Source: Candidatus Hadarchaeota archaeon | GTDB lineage: Archaea > CAYQAE01 > CAYVLA01 | Length of the DNA stretch: 64,000 nucleotides | Assembly: GCA_964621445.1 (NCBI GenBank) | Contig: CAZUNO010000006.1 | Span: 92,336-156,335, forward strand | Direction: 5' to 3' | Shown here: in pieces, positions 53,367 through 63,924 of the stretch | How positions within the stretch are numbered: the first letter of the stretch is position 1 | Layout of the letters: each line of letters opens with the position of its first letter | Program-made: the position numbers and the translations under genes | The notes under the pieces: model-generated | What the model was told of the DNA's origin: nothing | Databases searched by the model: none | What the model saw: the letters and a program-made list of their open reading frames with translations, nothing else

Positions 53367-54149
53367 TCATTCAGGGGTGCGCGCCTTGGCGGTTTTCACG
53401 CTCTTCTTAAGCGCCTCAACCAGGTTTTCAGGTTCCTCCTCCTCTTCCTCAACCCTCTTTTCAACTTCTATCCCGCTTATATTAGCCTGTATGATGTTCT
53501 TGAGCGCCTTTCTGTATTGGTCTTCGATCTCTTCGGATTCGAACTCCTCGGTCATTGAGTCAATTAGGTCCTCGGCCATGCGTAGTTCATTAGATCTTAC
53601 CTCGATGCTCCCCAAATGGGTGGTGGCCCCCTCCATTGAACGTATCTCGTCGGGGTAATACATGGTCTCCAGCAATATTCCCTTCTGGTAATGCCTGAGA
53701 CAGCATAGGTGTTGCTTGGTCCTCATCACTATCTTGGCGAGGGCGACTTTGTCGGTGTTTTGCATTACCCTGGTCAATAGTGCGTAGGCCTTTTCGGCGC
53801 CCTGTTGTGGTGATAGGTAGTAGGACTTATTGAAGAAAATGGGATCTATCTCCCCTAGATGCAGGAACTGGATGATGTCAATATTTTCCGGGTTTGGTAG
53901 ATCGATGGCCTCCAGATCCTCGTCCTCTATGACCACCCAGTTTCCCTTCTCATATTCATACCCCCTGGAAACGTGCTCCCAGGGCACTACCTCTTCACAC
54001 TGAGGGCAGTATCTTTGGTACTTCAGGGGGGTCTTGCACTGGTCATGAATATAATTGAATGATATGGACTTTGATTCGGTGGCCTTGAACATATTTACCG
54101 GTATGGTTACAAGGCCAAAGCTTATGTGACCGGACCAGACTGTCTGCAT
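53367..54149 (-). CDS. ku: Ku protein (prokaryotic NHEJ)
   Basis: MQTVWSGHISFGLVTIPV, RGYEYEKG, IDPIFFNKSYYL, TMYYPDEIR, DQYRKAL, NLVEALKKS. Confidence 0.96.
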   Translation of the reverse strand: MQTVWSGHISFGLVTIPVNMFKATESKSISFNYIHDQCKTPLKYQRYCPQCEEVVPWEHVSRGYEYEKGNWVVIEDEDLEAIDLPNPENIDIIQFLHLGEIDPIFFNKSYYLSPQQGAEKAYALLTRVMQNTDKVALAKIVMRTKQHLCCLRHYQKGILLETMYYPDEIRSMEGATTHLGSIEVRSNELRMAEDLIDSMTEEFESEEIEDQYRKALKNIIQANISGIEVEKRVEEEEEEPENLVEALKKSVKTAKARTPE

Positions 54150-54370
54150 CTTGATCGAGGCCTGGCTTGGGTTCAACTGATATTAATTGTTGTTAACATC
54201 TTGTCTGATTGCCGAAGGCGGGTATTGTGTATAGATCTAGGGAATAATCTATCCGAGACCCTACCTAATCTAGATTTTTCCAAACTGCGAGATAATGGAG
54301 GGGAAGGGAATAATACGCTGGATTAATAAACCCGTTCCGAGGGTTCATAGGCTAAAAGGCCGGTTTTTAT

Positions 54371-56086
54371 ATGGAAGGGAAACTCGATATCGCCGAGGAG
54401 GCCTCGTTAGTACTCTGTGGGGCTGCTGGACAGGGACTAAAGACAGTGGAGAATCTATTGACCAAGGTTCTCAAATCGAGTGGGTATAATATATTCGCGA
54501 CAAAGGAGTTCATGTCCCGAATAAGGGGGGGAACAAATTCAACATCCATTAGGGTGTCCTCAACCCCTGTGAGAGGTTACTGCGATAGAATCGACCTATT
54601 GGTGCCTCTTAGTAAAGGGGGGATCAAACACGTCAAAAGCAGGATGTCGGAAGCCACCATGGTGATGGGCGAGGAGGAGGTGATTTTCCCTGAAATCCAG
54701 AGGGAGAGGGGATTGGTGATCCCCCTCACGGAGATAGCAGAGGATGTAGGGGGAAAGATCTACGCCAATACGGTGGCTGCCTCCAGCATTTCCGCCCTAT
54801 TTGGCGTGAAATTCGAGGTCCTGAGCCATATCTTGAAAGAGGAATTTTCCGAAAAGGGAAAAGAAATAGTGGATAAGAATCTTGAGGCGGCCGAGAAGGG
54901 GTTCGAAGCAGGATCCGATCTGGTTAAGGAAGGAAAGGTCAGGATAAAGATAGAGAGAGGCAAGGGGATTGAGGATCAAATACTGCTGAATGGAACCCAG
55001 GCTGTCGCTCTGGGCTCACTGGCCGGGGGTTGCAACTTCGTTTCCTTCTATCCAATGACTCCGGGAACCGGGGTGCCAACCTTCATCGCACAGCACTCAC
55101 AGGACCTGGGATTATTGGTTGAGCAGGCCGAGGATGAAATCTCCGCCGTTAACATGTCTATAGGTGCCTGGTATGCCGGGGCCAGGGGGATGGTTTCCAC
55201 CTCCGGAGGAGGCTTCGCCCTCATGGTGGAGGGTCTAAGCCTCAGTGGCATCCTGGAGACCCCGGTGGTTATTCATCTGGCACAGCGTCCGGGACCGGGA
55301 ACCGGGCTGCCAACCAGGACCGAGCAGGGAGATCTGCTCTTTTCGGTGTACACGGCTCATGGAGAGTTTCCCAGGGTCATCTATACGCCCGGTTCCGTGG
55401 AGGAGGCATTTGAGCTATCCTACAGAGCATTTCAGGTAGCCGACAGGTATCAAGTTCCGGTAATCATTCTCACCGATCAATACCTGGTTGATTCCTATTA
55501 CAACCTCCCCGATCTGGAGCTGGATGACAAAGAGCCTGAAAACCATTACCTGGAGACAGGGGAGGATTACAGGCGGTATGATCTGACCGAGGACGGAGTT
55601 TCTCCCAGAGGCGTTCCAGGAGTGGGGAGAGGCCTGGTTGTAGTGGACAGCGACGAGCATGATGAGGAGGGTCACATAACGGAGGATTTCGATACCAGGG
55701 TGAGCATGGTAGATAAGAGGTTGAAAAAACTTGAAATGCTACGAGGCGAGGCCGTGCCCCCGCGATTGATTGGCGGTGAGGATTACGAGTTGCTAGTTGT
55801 TGGATGGGGCTCGACCCTGGGTATACTAAAAGAGGCGGTCGAGGGCCTGGGGGACAAACCGGTATCACTGCTCCATTTTCCACAGGTCTACCCTGTCCCG
55901 GATCAGGCCACCGAGATCATAGAAAGAGCCGAGAGATCGGTGGTTATAGAAAATAATGCTACTGCCCAGTTTTCAAAACTACTCCGCTTGGAGACGGGTC
56001 TAGAGATCGAGGAGAGCATAAACAAGTACAATGGACTTCCCTTTTCGGTTGAGGAAGTTAAGGATAGATTGGAGGGATTAACCTAG
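54371..56086 (+). CDS. korA: 2-oxoacid:ferredoxin oxidoreductase alpha (gamma-alpha fusion)
   Basis: GAAGQG, SRIRGG, YPMTP, QAEDEI, TSGGGFALM, QRPGP.TGLPT. Confidence 0.94.
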   Translation: MEGKLDIAEEASLVLCGAAGQGLKTVENLLTKVLKSSGYNIFATKEFMSRIRGGTNSTSIRVSSTPVRGYCDRIDLLVPLSKGGIKHVKSRMSEATMVMGEEEVIFPEIQRERGLVIPLTEIAEDVGGKIYANTVAASSISALFGVKFEVLSHILKEEFSEKGKEIVDKNLEAAEKGFEAGSDLVKEGKVRIKIERGKGIEDQILLNGTQAVALGSLAGGCNFVSFYPMTPGTGVPTFIAQHSQDLGLLVEQAEDEISAVNMSIGAWYAGARGMVSTSGGGFALMVEGLSLSGILETPVVIHLAQRPGPGTGLPTRTEQGDLLFSVYTAHGEFPRVIYTPGSVEEAFELSYRAFQVADRYQVPVIILTDQYLVDSYYNLPDLELDDKEPENHYLETGEDYRRYDLTEDGVSPRGVPGVGRGLVVVDSDEHDEEGHITEDFDTRVSMVDKRLKKLEMLRGEAVPPRLIGGEDYELLVVGWGSTLGILKEAVEGLGDKPVSLLHFPQVYPVPDQATEIIERAERSVVIENNATAQFSKLLRLETGLEIEESINKYNGLPFSVEEVKDRLEGLT

Positions 56087-56097
56087 GAGGTGGTATT

Positions 56098-56958
56098 ATG
56101 GATCCGGAAATTTTTAATATGGAAAACCTTGATATAGCCTGGTGCCCGGGTTGCGGTAACTATTCTATCCTGCCCACCCTGAAGGAGGCGCTCTCGGACC
56201 TGGATTTAAAGCCCTGGGAAGTGGTATTCGTTTCCGGGATAGGACAGGCGGCCAAGACGCCTCATTACTTCAAAACAAATCTGGTTAATGGTCTACACGG
56301 CAGATCCTTGCCTGTGGCCACGGCGATCAAGGTCTGCAACCCCGACCTTGAGGTGATTGCCGAGAGCGGGGACGGTTGCATGTATGGCGAGGGCGGGAAC
56401 CACTTCATTCACTGCATTCGTAGGAATCCGAACCTCACCTGCATGGTCCACAACAATATGGTCTACGGTCTCACCAAGGGCCAGGCCTCACCAACCTCCC
56501 AGCTTGGATTCGAGACCTCCATCCAGGTTGAGGGAGTTTTCGAGCGTCCCTTGAACCCCGTAGCTCTGGCCATATCCCTCGGTGCGTCATTCGTGGCCCG
56601 CACATTCGCCGGCGATAAGGACCATCTGAAGGAGACCTTGAAGCAGGCCATAGGGCATAAGGGATTTTCCCTGATTGACGTCTTCCAGCCCTGTGTATCC
56701 TACAACAAGGTCAATACCTTCAAGTGGTTCCGGGAAAAAACCTACAAGGTTGCTGAGTCATATGACCCTGAGGACAGGGAATTGGCCTTCTCAAAGGCCG
56801 TGGAAAAGGATAAGCTGGCATTGGGATTGATCTACCTCAATCCAAGACCAACATTCGAGGAGGAATCGGTGCCTTACTCCAGCGGAGACCAGACTTCCCT
56901 TTTCAAGAGGTCTGCGGATAGAAAGAAGCTACTGGAAATCATGGATGGCTTCCGGTAG
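56098..56958 (+). CDS. korB: 2-oxoacid:ferredoxin oxidoreductase beta
   Basis: WCPGCG, LHGR, GDG TPP-binding motif, NMVYGLTKGQASPT, QPC. Confidence 0.94.
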   Translation: MDPEIFNMENLDIAWCPGCGNYSILPTLKEALSDLDLKPWEVVFVSGIGQAAKTPHYFKTNLVNGLHGRSLPVATAIKVCNPDLEVIAESGDGCMYGEGGNHFIHCIRRNPNLTCMVHNNMVYGLTKGQASPTSQLGFETSIQVEGVFERPLNPVALAISLGASFVARTFAGDKDHLKETLKQAIGHKGFSLIDVFQPCVSYNKVNTFKWFREKTYKVAESYDPEDRELAFSKAVEKDKLALGLIYLNPRPTFEEESVPYSSGDQTSLFKRSADRKKLLEIMDGFR

Positions 56959-57006
56959 CTCCACCCGGGTTAACAGTTTTCTCTATCCGCCGAGCGGGTA
57001 AACCCG

Positions 57007-58419
57007 GTGGCTAGAAATATGCAGGAACCGCATGAAGTACCAATAGGTGAGTCTCAGCTATTTCTGGACGATTGCCTCATACACAGCAAGGAAAAGGTTA
57101 CCAGGATCTGGCACCGCCTTCAAAAACACCCCGCTAACCCAATCATGTTGAGATCCGACCGCGAGGAGAATATCTTCCTATTCGGCACCGTTATTCGGGA
57201 TGTTGATCCCCTTCTTGAGAAGGAGGTCTTCAGGATGTGGTACTTCGCCTGGGGACTTAACACACAATGGATTGCCTATGCCCGTAGCAACGATGGGTTG
57301 AGGTGGGAGAAGCCGGATATAGGAATTGGGGATCGCGATGCGGATCAACCGAGGAATGCGGTTTTCATTAACCCTGATTGGCGTTTAATCGGCCTTTCGG
57401 GAGTTTTAAAGGATCCTCTGAAAGGCGGGTATAAGTTAATGATTCCCGCGGCCGATGCGGAGACCAATGATAAAACCTACCTGATGGCCGAATCCCGCGA
57501 CGGCCTGGAATGGAAAATCGTGTCCACGTTCACCCCCGAACCCCCCTGCAACCCGGACAGGGCGTGTTTTACCTGGGACCCGAAGGAGAAATGCTACCTG
57601 CTGTATAATAGAGCAAAGCATGCGGATCAGGACCTGAAGGAAAGGGGCGGACCAGCATACTGGGGCCGGGCCATCGCGCTTTGCACCAGCAGGGATTTCA
57701 GGACCTGGTCCCCGCCCAAAATGGTGGTGCATGCTGAAACCAACGAACCGGATGGTACCGAGCTGTACGGTATGGCTGCCTATCCCTACCAGGGGGAGTG
57801 GATTGGTTTGGTCCAGGTGTTCAGGTCGCTTCCCAGGCTTGCCTATATCGATCTGGCCATTGCATATTCACGAGACGGGCGTAACTGGGACCGCGAGAGA
57901 GAGTTGGTACTTCCCCGGGGCGGGGTTGGCGAATGGGATCGGTTCAACCAGTGTGCATCAACCCAATTGGTCAGGGTGGGAGACCGGCTTTGGGTCTACT
58001 ACTCGGGACGCCTATATCGGCATGGTGAGTACGAGAAGTTCACCGCACTAAAAGACACCGGCCCCAGACAGGTGGGAATAGGCCTAGCCACCATTCGTGT
58101 CGACGGTTGGTGTTCCATGAGGGCAAGCTTCGATTCGGGTCAGATAACCACAATTCCCCTTGTACTTCCTGAAAAGGTGACTATGTGCCTGAACGCAAAA
58201 TCCAGATGGGGGGACATTGTGGTCGAGGTCTTGGATGAAAACCAAAATGAGATACCGGGTCTCAAATCAAGGTCTATTAGAGATGACGCCATACGAATTC
58301 CGGTCATCTGGGAGGAGAATAACGCCTGGCACGGGTTACTTGGCGAGCAGATGCGTATCAGGTTCAAAATGAGAAATGCTGAACTATATTCCTGGTCTAT
58401 CAAACCGGAAAGGGTGTGA
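57007..58419 (+). CDS. Five-bladed beta-propeller glycoside-hydrolase-like protein (GH32/43 clan-like)
   Basis: QLFLDD, KHPANP, repeated S.DG..W boxes, LWVYYSG, IGLATIRVDG, C-terminal beta-sandwich. Confidence 0.75.
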   Translation: MARNMQEPHEVPIGESQLFLDDCLIHSKEKVTRIWHRLQKHPANPIMLRSDREENIFLFGTVIRDVDPLLEKEVFRMWYFAWGLNTQWIAYARSNDGLRWEKPDIGIGDRDADQPRNAVFINPDWRLIGLSGVLKDPLKGGYKLMIPAADAETNDKTYLMAESRDGLEWKIVSTFTPEPPCNPDRACFTWDPKEKCYLLYNRAKHADQDLKERGGPAYWGRAIALCTSRDFRTWSPPKMVVHAETNEPDGTELYGMAAYPYQGEWIGLVQVFRSLPRLAYIDLAIAYSRDGRNWDRERELVLPRGGVGEWDRFNQCASTQLVRVGDRLWVYYSGRLYRHGEYEKFTALKDTGPRQVGIGLATIRVDGWCSMRASFDSGQITTIPLVLPEKVTMCLNAKSRWGDIVVEVLDENQNEIPGLKSRSIRDDAIRIPVIWEENNAWHGLLGEQMRIRFKMRNAELYSWSIKPERV

Positions 58420-58534
58420 GTATCAAGCAGGCTTTCGCATAAAGGAATACCTCCACCTTACCGGGGCCCGGAAATCTCCTTGGTAACAACCGCCGGAGTT
58501 AATACATATATGGCCAATATGATTGGGTGAATAC

Positions 58535-60829
58535 ATGATTCGTGAGTTAATTCGTATCCCCCAGGGATACAGCGCCTGTGCAGGTATATGTGATTCGGGG
58601 TGGTTCGCTGGGGTTTTGGTAATCGATGATATCGATGAGGATTTTCTTCAGAAGAATCCCAAAAAATACGAGACCTGTCGGGAACAGGCAAGACATTGGC
58701 AGGGAAGGGCGCGGGGTCTGGAGAGACGCCTAGTTATGGTCAGGGAGAGCGATGGAGATGTAACTGATCTAGCCGCGGGCGAGCGTATTTGCGGTCCTGT
58801 GTGCCCGAAAAGGAGTAATGAAACTCCCCTAGTGGCCTGGACACAGCGATTTAGTGGGTCATGGGAACTCAAGTACCACAATGGAAAGAGGCCCCACACG
58901 GTTCTTGGTGATTCCCGAGTGATTAGGAATCCTCAGATATCCGTGTTTGAGGAGAAAATACTTTTTGCATGTGAGAGAGATACCACTGAAGGCAAGGGCG
59001 AGGTTCTAGTCCTTTCGGAAAATGGCGACCGAGTCATTTCCACGGAGGGGCGGAATCTTAAGTTGGTGACATCTAGCAAGGGGATCGCGCTACTGACGGA
59101 AGAGATCTCTGAAAATAGAGTCAGCCTGGTTATTCATGAGTTTGATGGCCTGGAATTGGCGAGGACAACGAGGATTGAAGGTGGGGATGATTACACATTC
59201 AACGCGGATCTTGCCTACAATGCTTTGAATGATGAATTGTTGGTCGTCGCCGAGAACTGCCCTGCCTTCGGGATGGACGACCGGGTCGGGATGCATAGAT
59301 ATCTGAAGGTTTGGAGCCTGGACGGAGGTGGCGATCTGAGGGATTTATCCGGCGAGACCGGTCGCCTTCCCATCAAGCCGCGCGCCTTTAACTACTGGAG
59401 CACCGAGAATACCCCGCCCATACGGCCCCACATTTACCTTCAAAACGGCAAAACATCGGTTTCATTTCGTCAGTTCCGTTATTCGGGGTTCAAGGCCTTT
59501 GGCTGGGACGTATACAGGTTGGATCTCATCGAGGGCGATTGGAGCTCCCCGGTTCGTATGACCCCCAATCGAACCACTCCAGACACGGGGTACGCGGTGC
59601 TTCCAACCGAGGAAGGGTATCTTGGAGTTTTCCCCTGCATCGACAATCCAGGTGGTTCAACTCGGTGCAGTAACTTCAGGGTGGAGATAGTGGAGTTGGA
59701 TAGAGACGATGCCCTTCCCCGTGTGGATATTAAGGAGGCGGAGAGGGATGAATACCTGCCCACCACGGGATATAGAAACGTGGCACCAACTCCACCAGCA
59801 CTGGAGGAAACCTATATGGGACGAACCCTGATTTGGGGCGACCTTCATCCCCATACAAATTACTCTAAGTGCGTATCAGCTGCCGACGGTTGTCCAAACG
59901 AGATGTTCAGATATGCCAGGGATGTCCTGGGATGCCAGGTCTTCACCTTCATAGATCATTCCAATATGCTGGGCGGCCCCGAGTCCACCTGGGTTAATGA
60001 CCAGCTAGAGATACTGGCCGGAGGGAGAGGAATCCCGATCTTTGGGGCTGAGACCGGGATGAGTCCGGGCCGGCATACAAACTGGTATGCGTATGATCGG
60101 GACACCTTTGATCAGTTGAGATGCATCCTGAACTCTCAGGGGACCAGTAGGGAGAACTGCTACCGTCAGGTAAGGGAGGAGCTGCCGGAGGGAAGCGTGA
60201 TGGCCCTCCGGCATTTTCACGGGGGCATGGAAGATGAAAAGGTGATAATGCACAGCTTCGAGCCGCGGCTGGAGCCTGCAATGGAGGCCATGCAAGGCCG
60301 GATAAATGCGCTGATAAAGCCTTCGGAGAAATATCCCCGGTTCCCGAACCAATTTCTGACGGGGGGAGCCAGGATAGGATTGGTGGGAGGTACCGATCAC
60401 TACCGGGGCAACGGGCCCAACCATTTCTGCTTAACCGGGTTCTGGGTCAAGGAAATCACCCCCAAGGGTGTATGGGAGGCACTGCGCAATAGATATACGA
60501 TCGCCATGTCGGATTCCAAGGTGTCGATGGCCGCCTGGCTGGATGGACAACCCGCGGGATCGACGGTAACCATGGAGGGCAAAGGGACTCTGTCAGTAAG
60601 TCTATCTGCATCCTGCGGTCATGAAATAACTAGGGCCACCTTGATCAGGGACGGGGAAATACTCCCCTGGACTCCTGTTAAAAGGAGTTCGGCAACGATT
60701 GAGCTGGAGGATAATGAACCTTCTCCGGGCTTTCACTGGTATGTCCCCACGATTGAGGTGAGGACTGCATATGGATCGTATAACCGGGGATATGGACACA
60801 GCTCGCCCTTCCTCGTCATGGTCCGGTAG
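58535..60829 (+). CDS. PHP-like metallohydrolase (DUF3604/CehA-McbA-like) with N-terminal propeller-like region
   Basis: WGDLHPHTNYS, FIDH, GGTDH, VWEALRNR.T.A motifs. Confidence 0.72.
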   Translation: MIRELIRIPQGYSACAGICDSGWFAGVLVIDDIDEDFLQKNPKKYETCREQARHWQGRARGLERRLVMVRESDGDVTDLAAGERICGPVCPKRSNETPLVAWTQRFSGSWELKYHNGKRPHTVLGDSRVIRNPQISVFEEKILFACERDTTEGKGEVLVLSENGDRVISTEGRNLKLVTSSKGIALLTEEISENRVSLVIHEFDGLELARTTRIEGGDDYTFNADLAYNALNDELLVVAENCPAFGMDDRVGMHRYLKVWSLDGGGDLRDLSGETGRLPIKPRAFNYWSTENTPPIRPHIYLQNGKTSVSFRQFRYSGFKAFGWDVYRLDLIEGDWSSPVRMTPNRTTPDTGYAVLPTEEGYLGVFPCIDNPGGSTRCSNFRVEIVELDRDDALPRVDIKEAERDEYLPTTGYRNVAPTPPALEETYMGRTLIWGDLHPHTNYSKCVSAADGCPNEMFRYARDVLGCQVFTFIDHSNMLGGPESTWVNDQLEILAGGRGIPIFGAETGMSPGRHTNWYAYDRDTFDQLRCILNSQGTSRENCYRQVREELPEGSVMALRHFHGGMEDEKVIMHSFEPRLEPAMEAMQGRINALIKPSEKYPRFPNQFLTGGARIGLVGGTDHYRGNGPNHFCLTGFWVKEITPKGVWEALRNRYTIAMSDSKVSMAAWLDGQPAGSTVTMEGKGTLSVSLSASCGHEITRATLIRDGEILPWTPVKRSSATIELEDNEPSPGFHWYVPTIEVRTAYGSYNRGYGHSSPFLVMVR

Positions 60830-60850
60830 AGCCTGGAGCTACCGACTCCA
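60823..60850. terminator. Short hairpin(s) between convergent genes
   Basis: CGGTAG-agcctggag-CTACCG and TGGAG-ctaccga-CTCCA at the convergent junction. Confidence 0.35.
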
Positions 60851-60853
60851 TAA

Positions 60854-62212
60854 TTAGGAATCATTCTCAGGGATGTATTTCGGGTTCAGCGTGTGCATCT
60901 TGGCGTCAACGGACCGCAGCCATTCATAGAGTTCCCGTTTCAGGTTATCTGCCAGTTCCGGCATCTCCTGGGATAGATCATTTTCCTCGCTCAGATCCTG
61001 GGACAGGTCATAGAGCTCCGTCTCCTCGGGGTCGTAGTGGTGAATCAGCTTATGGTTCCCCGAGCGGATTGAGGCGCCGGGCATCTTTGCCGGGGGTGCG
61101 TAATGTGGGTAATACCAGTGGAGGTTTCTATCAGGGAAACCATCGGACTGTCTCAGTAGCGGAATTAGGCTGCTCCCATCGGTAACCTCGTTCGAGGCAG
61201 TTCCCGGGCCAGCCATATCTATCAGGGTAGGGTAGAAATCCTCGCTGATTACCGGAGTGCGGCAGATCGTTCCCTCCTCCACCACTCCTGGCCATCTTAT
61301 TATGAGAGGAACCCTTATCCCTCCCTCGTAGACAAAACCCTTACCCTCCCTCAGCGGAGCGTTATTGGTTGCCTTCTGGGATCCGCCGTTGTCGCTGGCG
61401 AAGATAACCACGGTGTTCTCCACGATACCCAGGTCCTCAAGCGTTTGGAGAATCCGGCCCACATTCCAATCCAGGTTTTCCACCATTCCCCCGTAGATTG
61501 GGCTCTTTTGGGAGTGATCCGTCTCCATCTTTTTCTCGTATTTGGCCACATACTCCGGGGGAGCTTGTAGCGGTGTGTGGACCGCGTAATGGGGTAGGTA
61601 CAGGAAAAAGGGGCTGTCATGGTTATGCTGTATGAACTTTATGGACTCATCCGTAAGGCGCGTGGTGAGGTACTCCCCCTCCTCTCCACCTTCCATGGTT
61701 GGTATTTCCTGGTTCCAATCACGGTCCGGCGCCTCATAGGGGTACCAGTAGCTGGGGGGACTGCCGTGCGTATGGCCAGCCACGTTGACGTCGAATCCAT
61801 GGCCCAACGGCCAGTACTTTGGTTCGTTACCCACATGCCATTTGCCGATGCTCGCCGATACATATCCAGCAGGTTTCAGGGCCCTGGCCAGGCTGATCTC
61901 ATCAAGAGGAATGTAAAATCGATCATCGGGAGGGATGATACGGCCATGTTCCGGGTATCGATGCCTATTTACGGCCGTTATATGCCCCGTAAAACGCAGG
62001 CGAGTCGGGTTCTTTCCAGTTAGCAGAGCCGCCCTGGTGGGAGAACAGACGGGACAGGATGAATAAGCCTGGGTGAAACGCATTCCCTGGTCCGCGAGGG
62101 AATCTATGACCGGTGTCTCATAGAAGCTACTTCCCTGACAACCCAGATCCATCCAACCCAAATCATCAACCAGAATAAACACGAAGTTCAATTTTTCTCG
62201 GGGGGATTCCAT
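60854..62212 (-). CDS. Formylglycine-type (S1) sulfatase
   Basis: LVDDLG, CSPTRAALLTG, IGKWH, PFFLYLPHYAVHTP, SDNG, GK..VYEGGIRVP, ELYDLSQD; SD GGAGG. Confidence 0.96.
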   Translation of the reverse strand: MESPREKLNFVFILVDDLGWMDLGCQGSSFYETPVIDSLADQGMRFTQAYSSCPVCSPTRAALLTGKNPTRLRFTGHITAVNRHRYPEHGRIIPPDDRFYIPLDEISLARALKPAGYVSASIGKWHVGNEPKYWPLGHGFDVNVAGHTHGSPPSYWYPYEAPDRDWNQEIPTMEGGEEGEYLTTRLTDESIKFIQHNHDSPFFLYLPHYAVHTPLQAPPEYVAKYEKKMETDHSQKSPIYGGMVENLDWNVGRILQTLEDLGIVENTVVIFASDNGGSQKATNNAPLREGKGFVYEGGIRVPLIIRWPGVVEEGTICRTPVISEDFYPTLIDMAGPGTASNEVTDGSSLIPLLRQSDGFPDRNLHWYYPHYAPPAKMPGASIRSGNHKLIHHYDPEETELYDLSQDLSEENDLSQEMPELADNLKRELYEWLRSVDAKMHTLNPKYIPENDS

Positions 62213-62349
62213 TGAGGACCTCCAAACCGGTTCTATAATTCATGGACTCTTTTGTCTTTCGGAATGAACCGCATGGTCCATTTGCTTTGACGTGTCTAGA
62301 ACCGCATATTCACAAACCATATAAGGTTTTTTCGGCGGCTTGTTTGGTG

Positions 62350-63924
62350 ATGGTGAATAGCTGTAGGTAGGGAATTCCGAGTTGCAGATGTCGATGAACT
62401 TGAGATCATCGAAATGAGGAGGTCAAGGTTGGAGAAAACAGTATTCTTCTGGTCCGACTTGAGGAGGGGTATAGGGCGTTAGGTTCGTCCTGTCCCCATA
62501 AAGGGGCCCCGCTCTCCGAGGGCCATCTTGAGGACCATCATCTTCGTTGCCCATGGCACCAAGCTGTATTCGATATCAATAATGGCGATGGCGAGTTAAT
62601 TGAGCCTTGTTCCTTGGACTCCATACCTAGGTTCAAGCTTCGAACCAGGAATGATGGTCTCTATTTGACTTTACCGGAACCCGTTCCCGATTTCCTGGTT
62701 CCAGTAATGAAGGCAATGAATCCCGCCCTGGATAGCCGGGTATTTGCCATGATAGGAACCGGGGCGGCGGGTATGGCTGCGGCAGAAACACTGCGCCAGG
62801 ACGGTTACCAGGGAAGAATCGTCATGGTGACCAGGGAACAGGACCCCCCTACGATAGGACCGATCTTAGCAAAATGTATCTTGCTGATCCTCATGCGGAT
62901 GAGCCCTTCATACGTTCAAGCGGTTTCTATAGAGAACACGGGATCGAGATAATGTTAGGCCATGAGATAAGGGGACTTGAGGTCGGTAAAAAGGAAATAA
63001 AGTTCTCAAACGGTTCTAAGCTCTGCTTTGATAGATGTCTCCTGGCCACCGGATCCAGGCCCCGCAGACTGGATGTACCCGGGGAGACCCTAGGCATGGT
63101 GTTTAAGCTTCGTTCCTATGCAGACTGCAGGGATTTGCGGTCGGTCATTGGGAATGCTTCAAGAGCGGTAGCGGTGGGATCGGGTTTTCTTGGCATGGAG
63201 GTAGCGGCTTCACTGGCTGACGGGGAGTACACATGGCTGTGGTTTCCCCAGATTCATATCCATTGGAGTCGGCTTTAGGGAAGGATATTGGTCATATGTA
63301 CCGAGAGGTCCATGAAGAACACGGGGTGGAATTCCGACTTGGCAGGGAGATCAATCGTTTTGAGGGAGGTGGCGAGGTTGATACCGTTGTACTGGATGAT
63401 GGATCGAGCTTGGAAACGGACCTGGTAATTATCGCCATCGGCGTGTCACCCAACACGGGATATATCAGGGAGGTGGATCTAAATGAGGACGGAAGCATCA
63501 GCGTGGATAGGCATATGCGAGTTTGTGAGGACGTCTACGCCGCAGGTGATATAGCCCGATTCCTGGATTGGAGAACGGGATCGGGAATACGTATCGAGCT
63601 TTGGCGTCTTGCGCTACAACTTGGTCGTCTAGCAGCCCGCAATATGGCTGGTAATAACCGGGAATATGCGGACGTTCCCTTTTTCTGGACAATGCAATAC
63701 GATGTAAATACCAAGTACGTGGGCTTCTGCCGTAAATGGGATGACATAATCTATGATGGTGATCCAATCAAAGGGACTTTCTTGCTCTATACGCAAAGAA
63801 CGGCGGGGTGGAAGCGGCTGCCGGTTGCTCAAGAACCCTAGCTCTCTGTAAGATAGCAGAGCTTCTCAAGGAAACCAGGAAACCTCCGGTTGAGGAGGTA
63901 ATGAAACTTGCGGCAAATGAGTGA
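62350..63924 (+). pseudogene. Rieske + FAD-dependent oxidoreductase (AIF3-like), multiply frameshifted
   Basis: CPHKGAPL/CPWH Rieske motifs, GTGAAG, ATGS, GSGFLGMEVA, YAAGDIA, PFFWT spread over at least 4 frameshifts. Confidence 0.88.

Noticed and set aside
56953-60844. 11-bp inverted repeat CGGTAGCTCCA/TGGAGCTACCG flanking two hydrolase genes
   Set aside because: Short enough to arise by chance; left copy overlaps the korB stop; right copy is explained by a local hairpin; no target duplication or transposase
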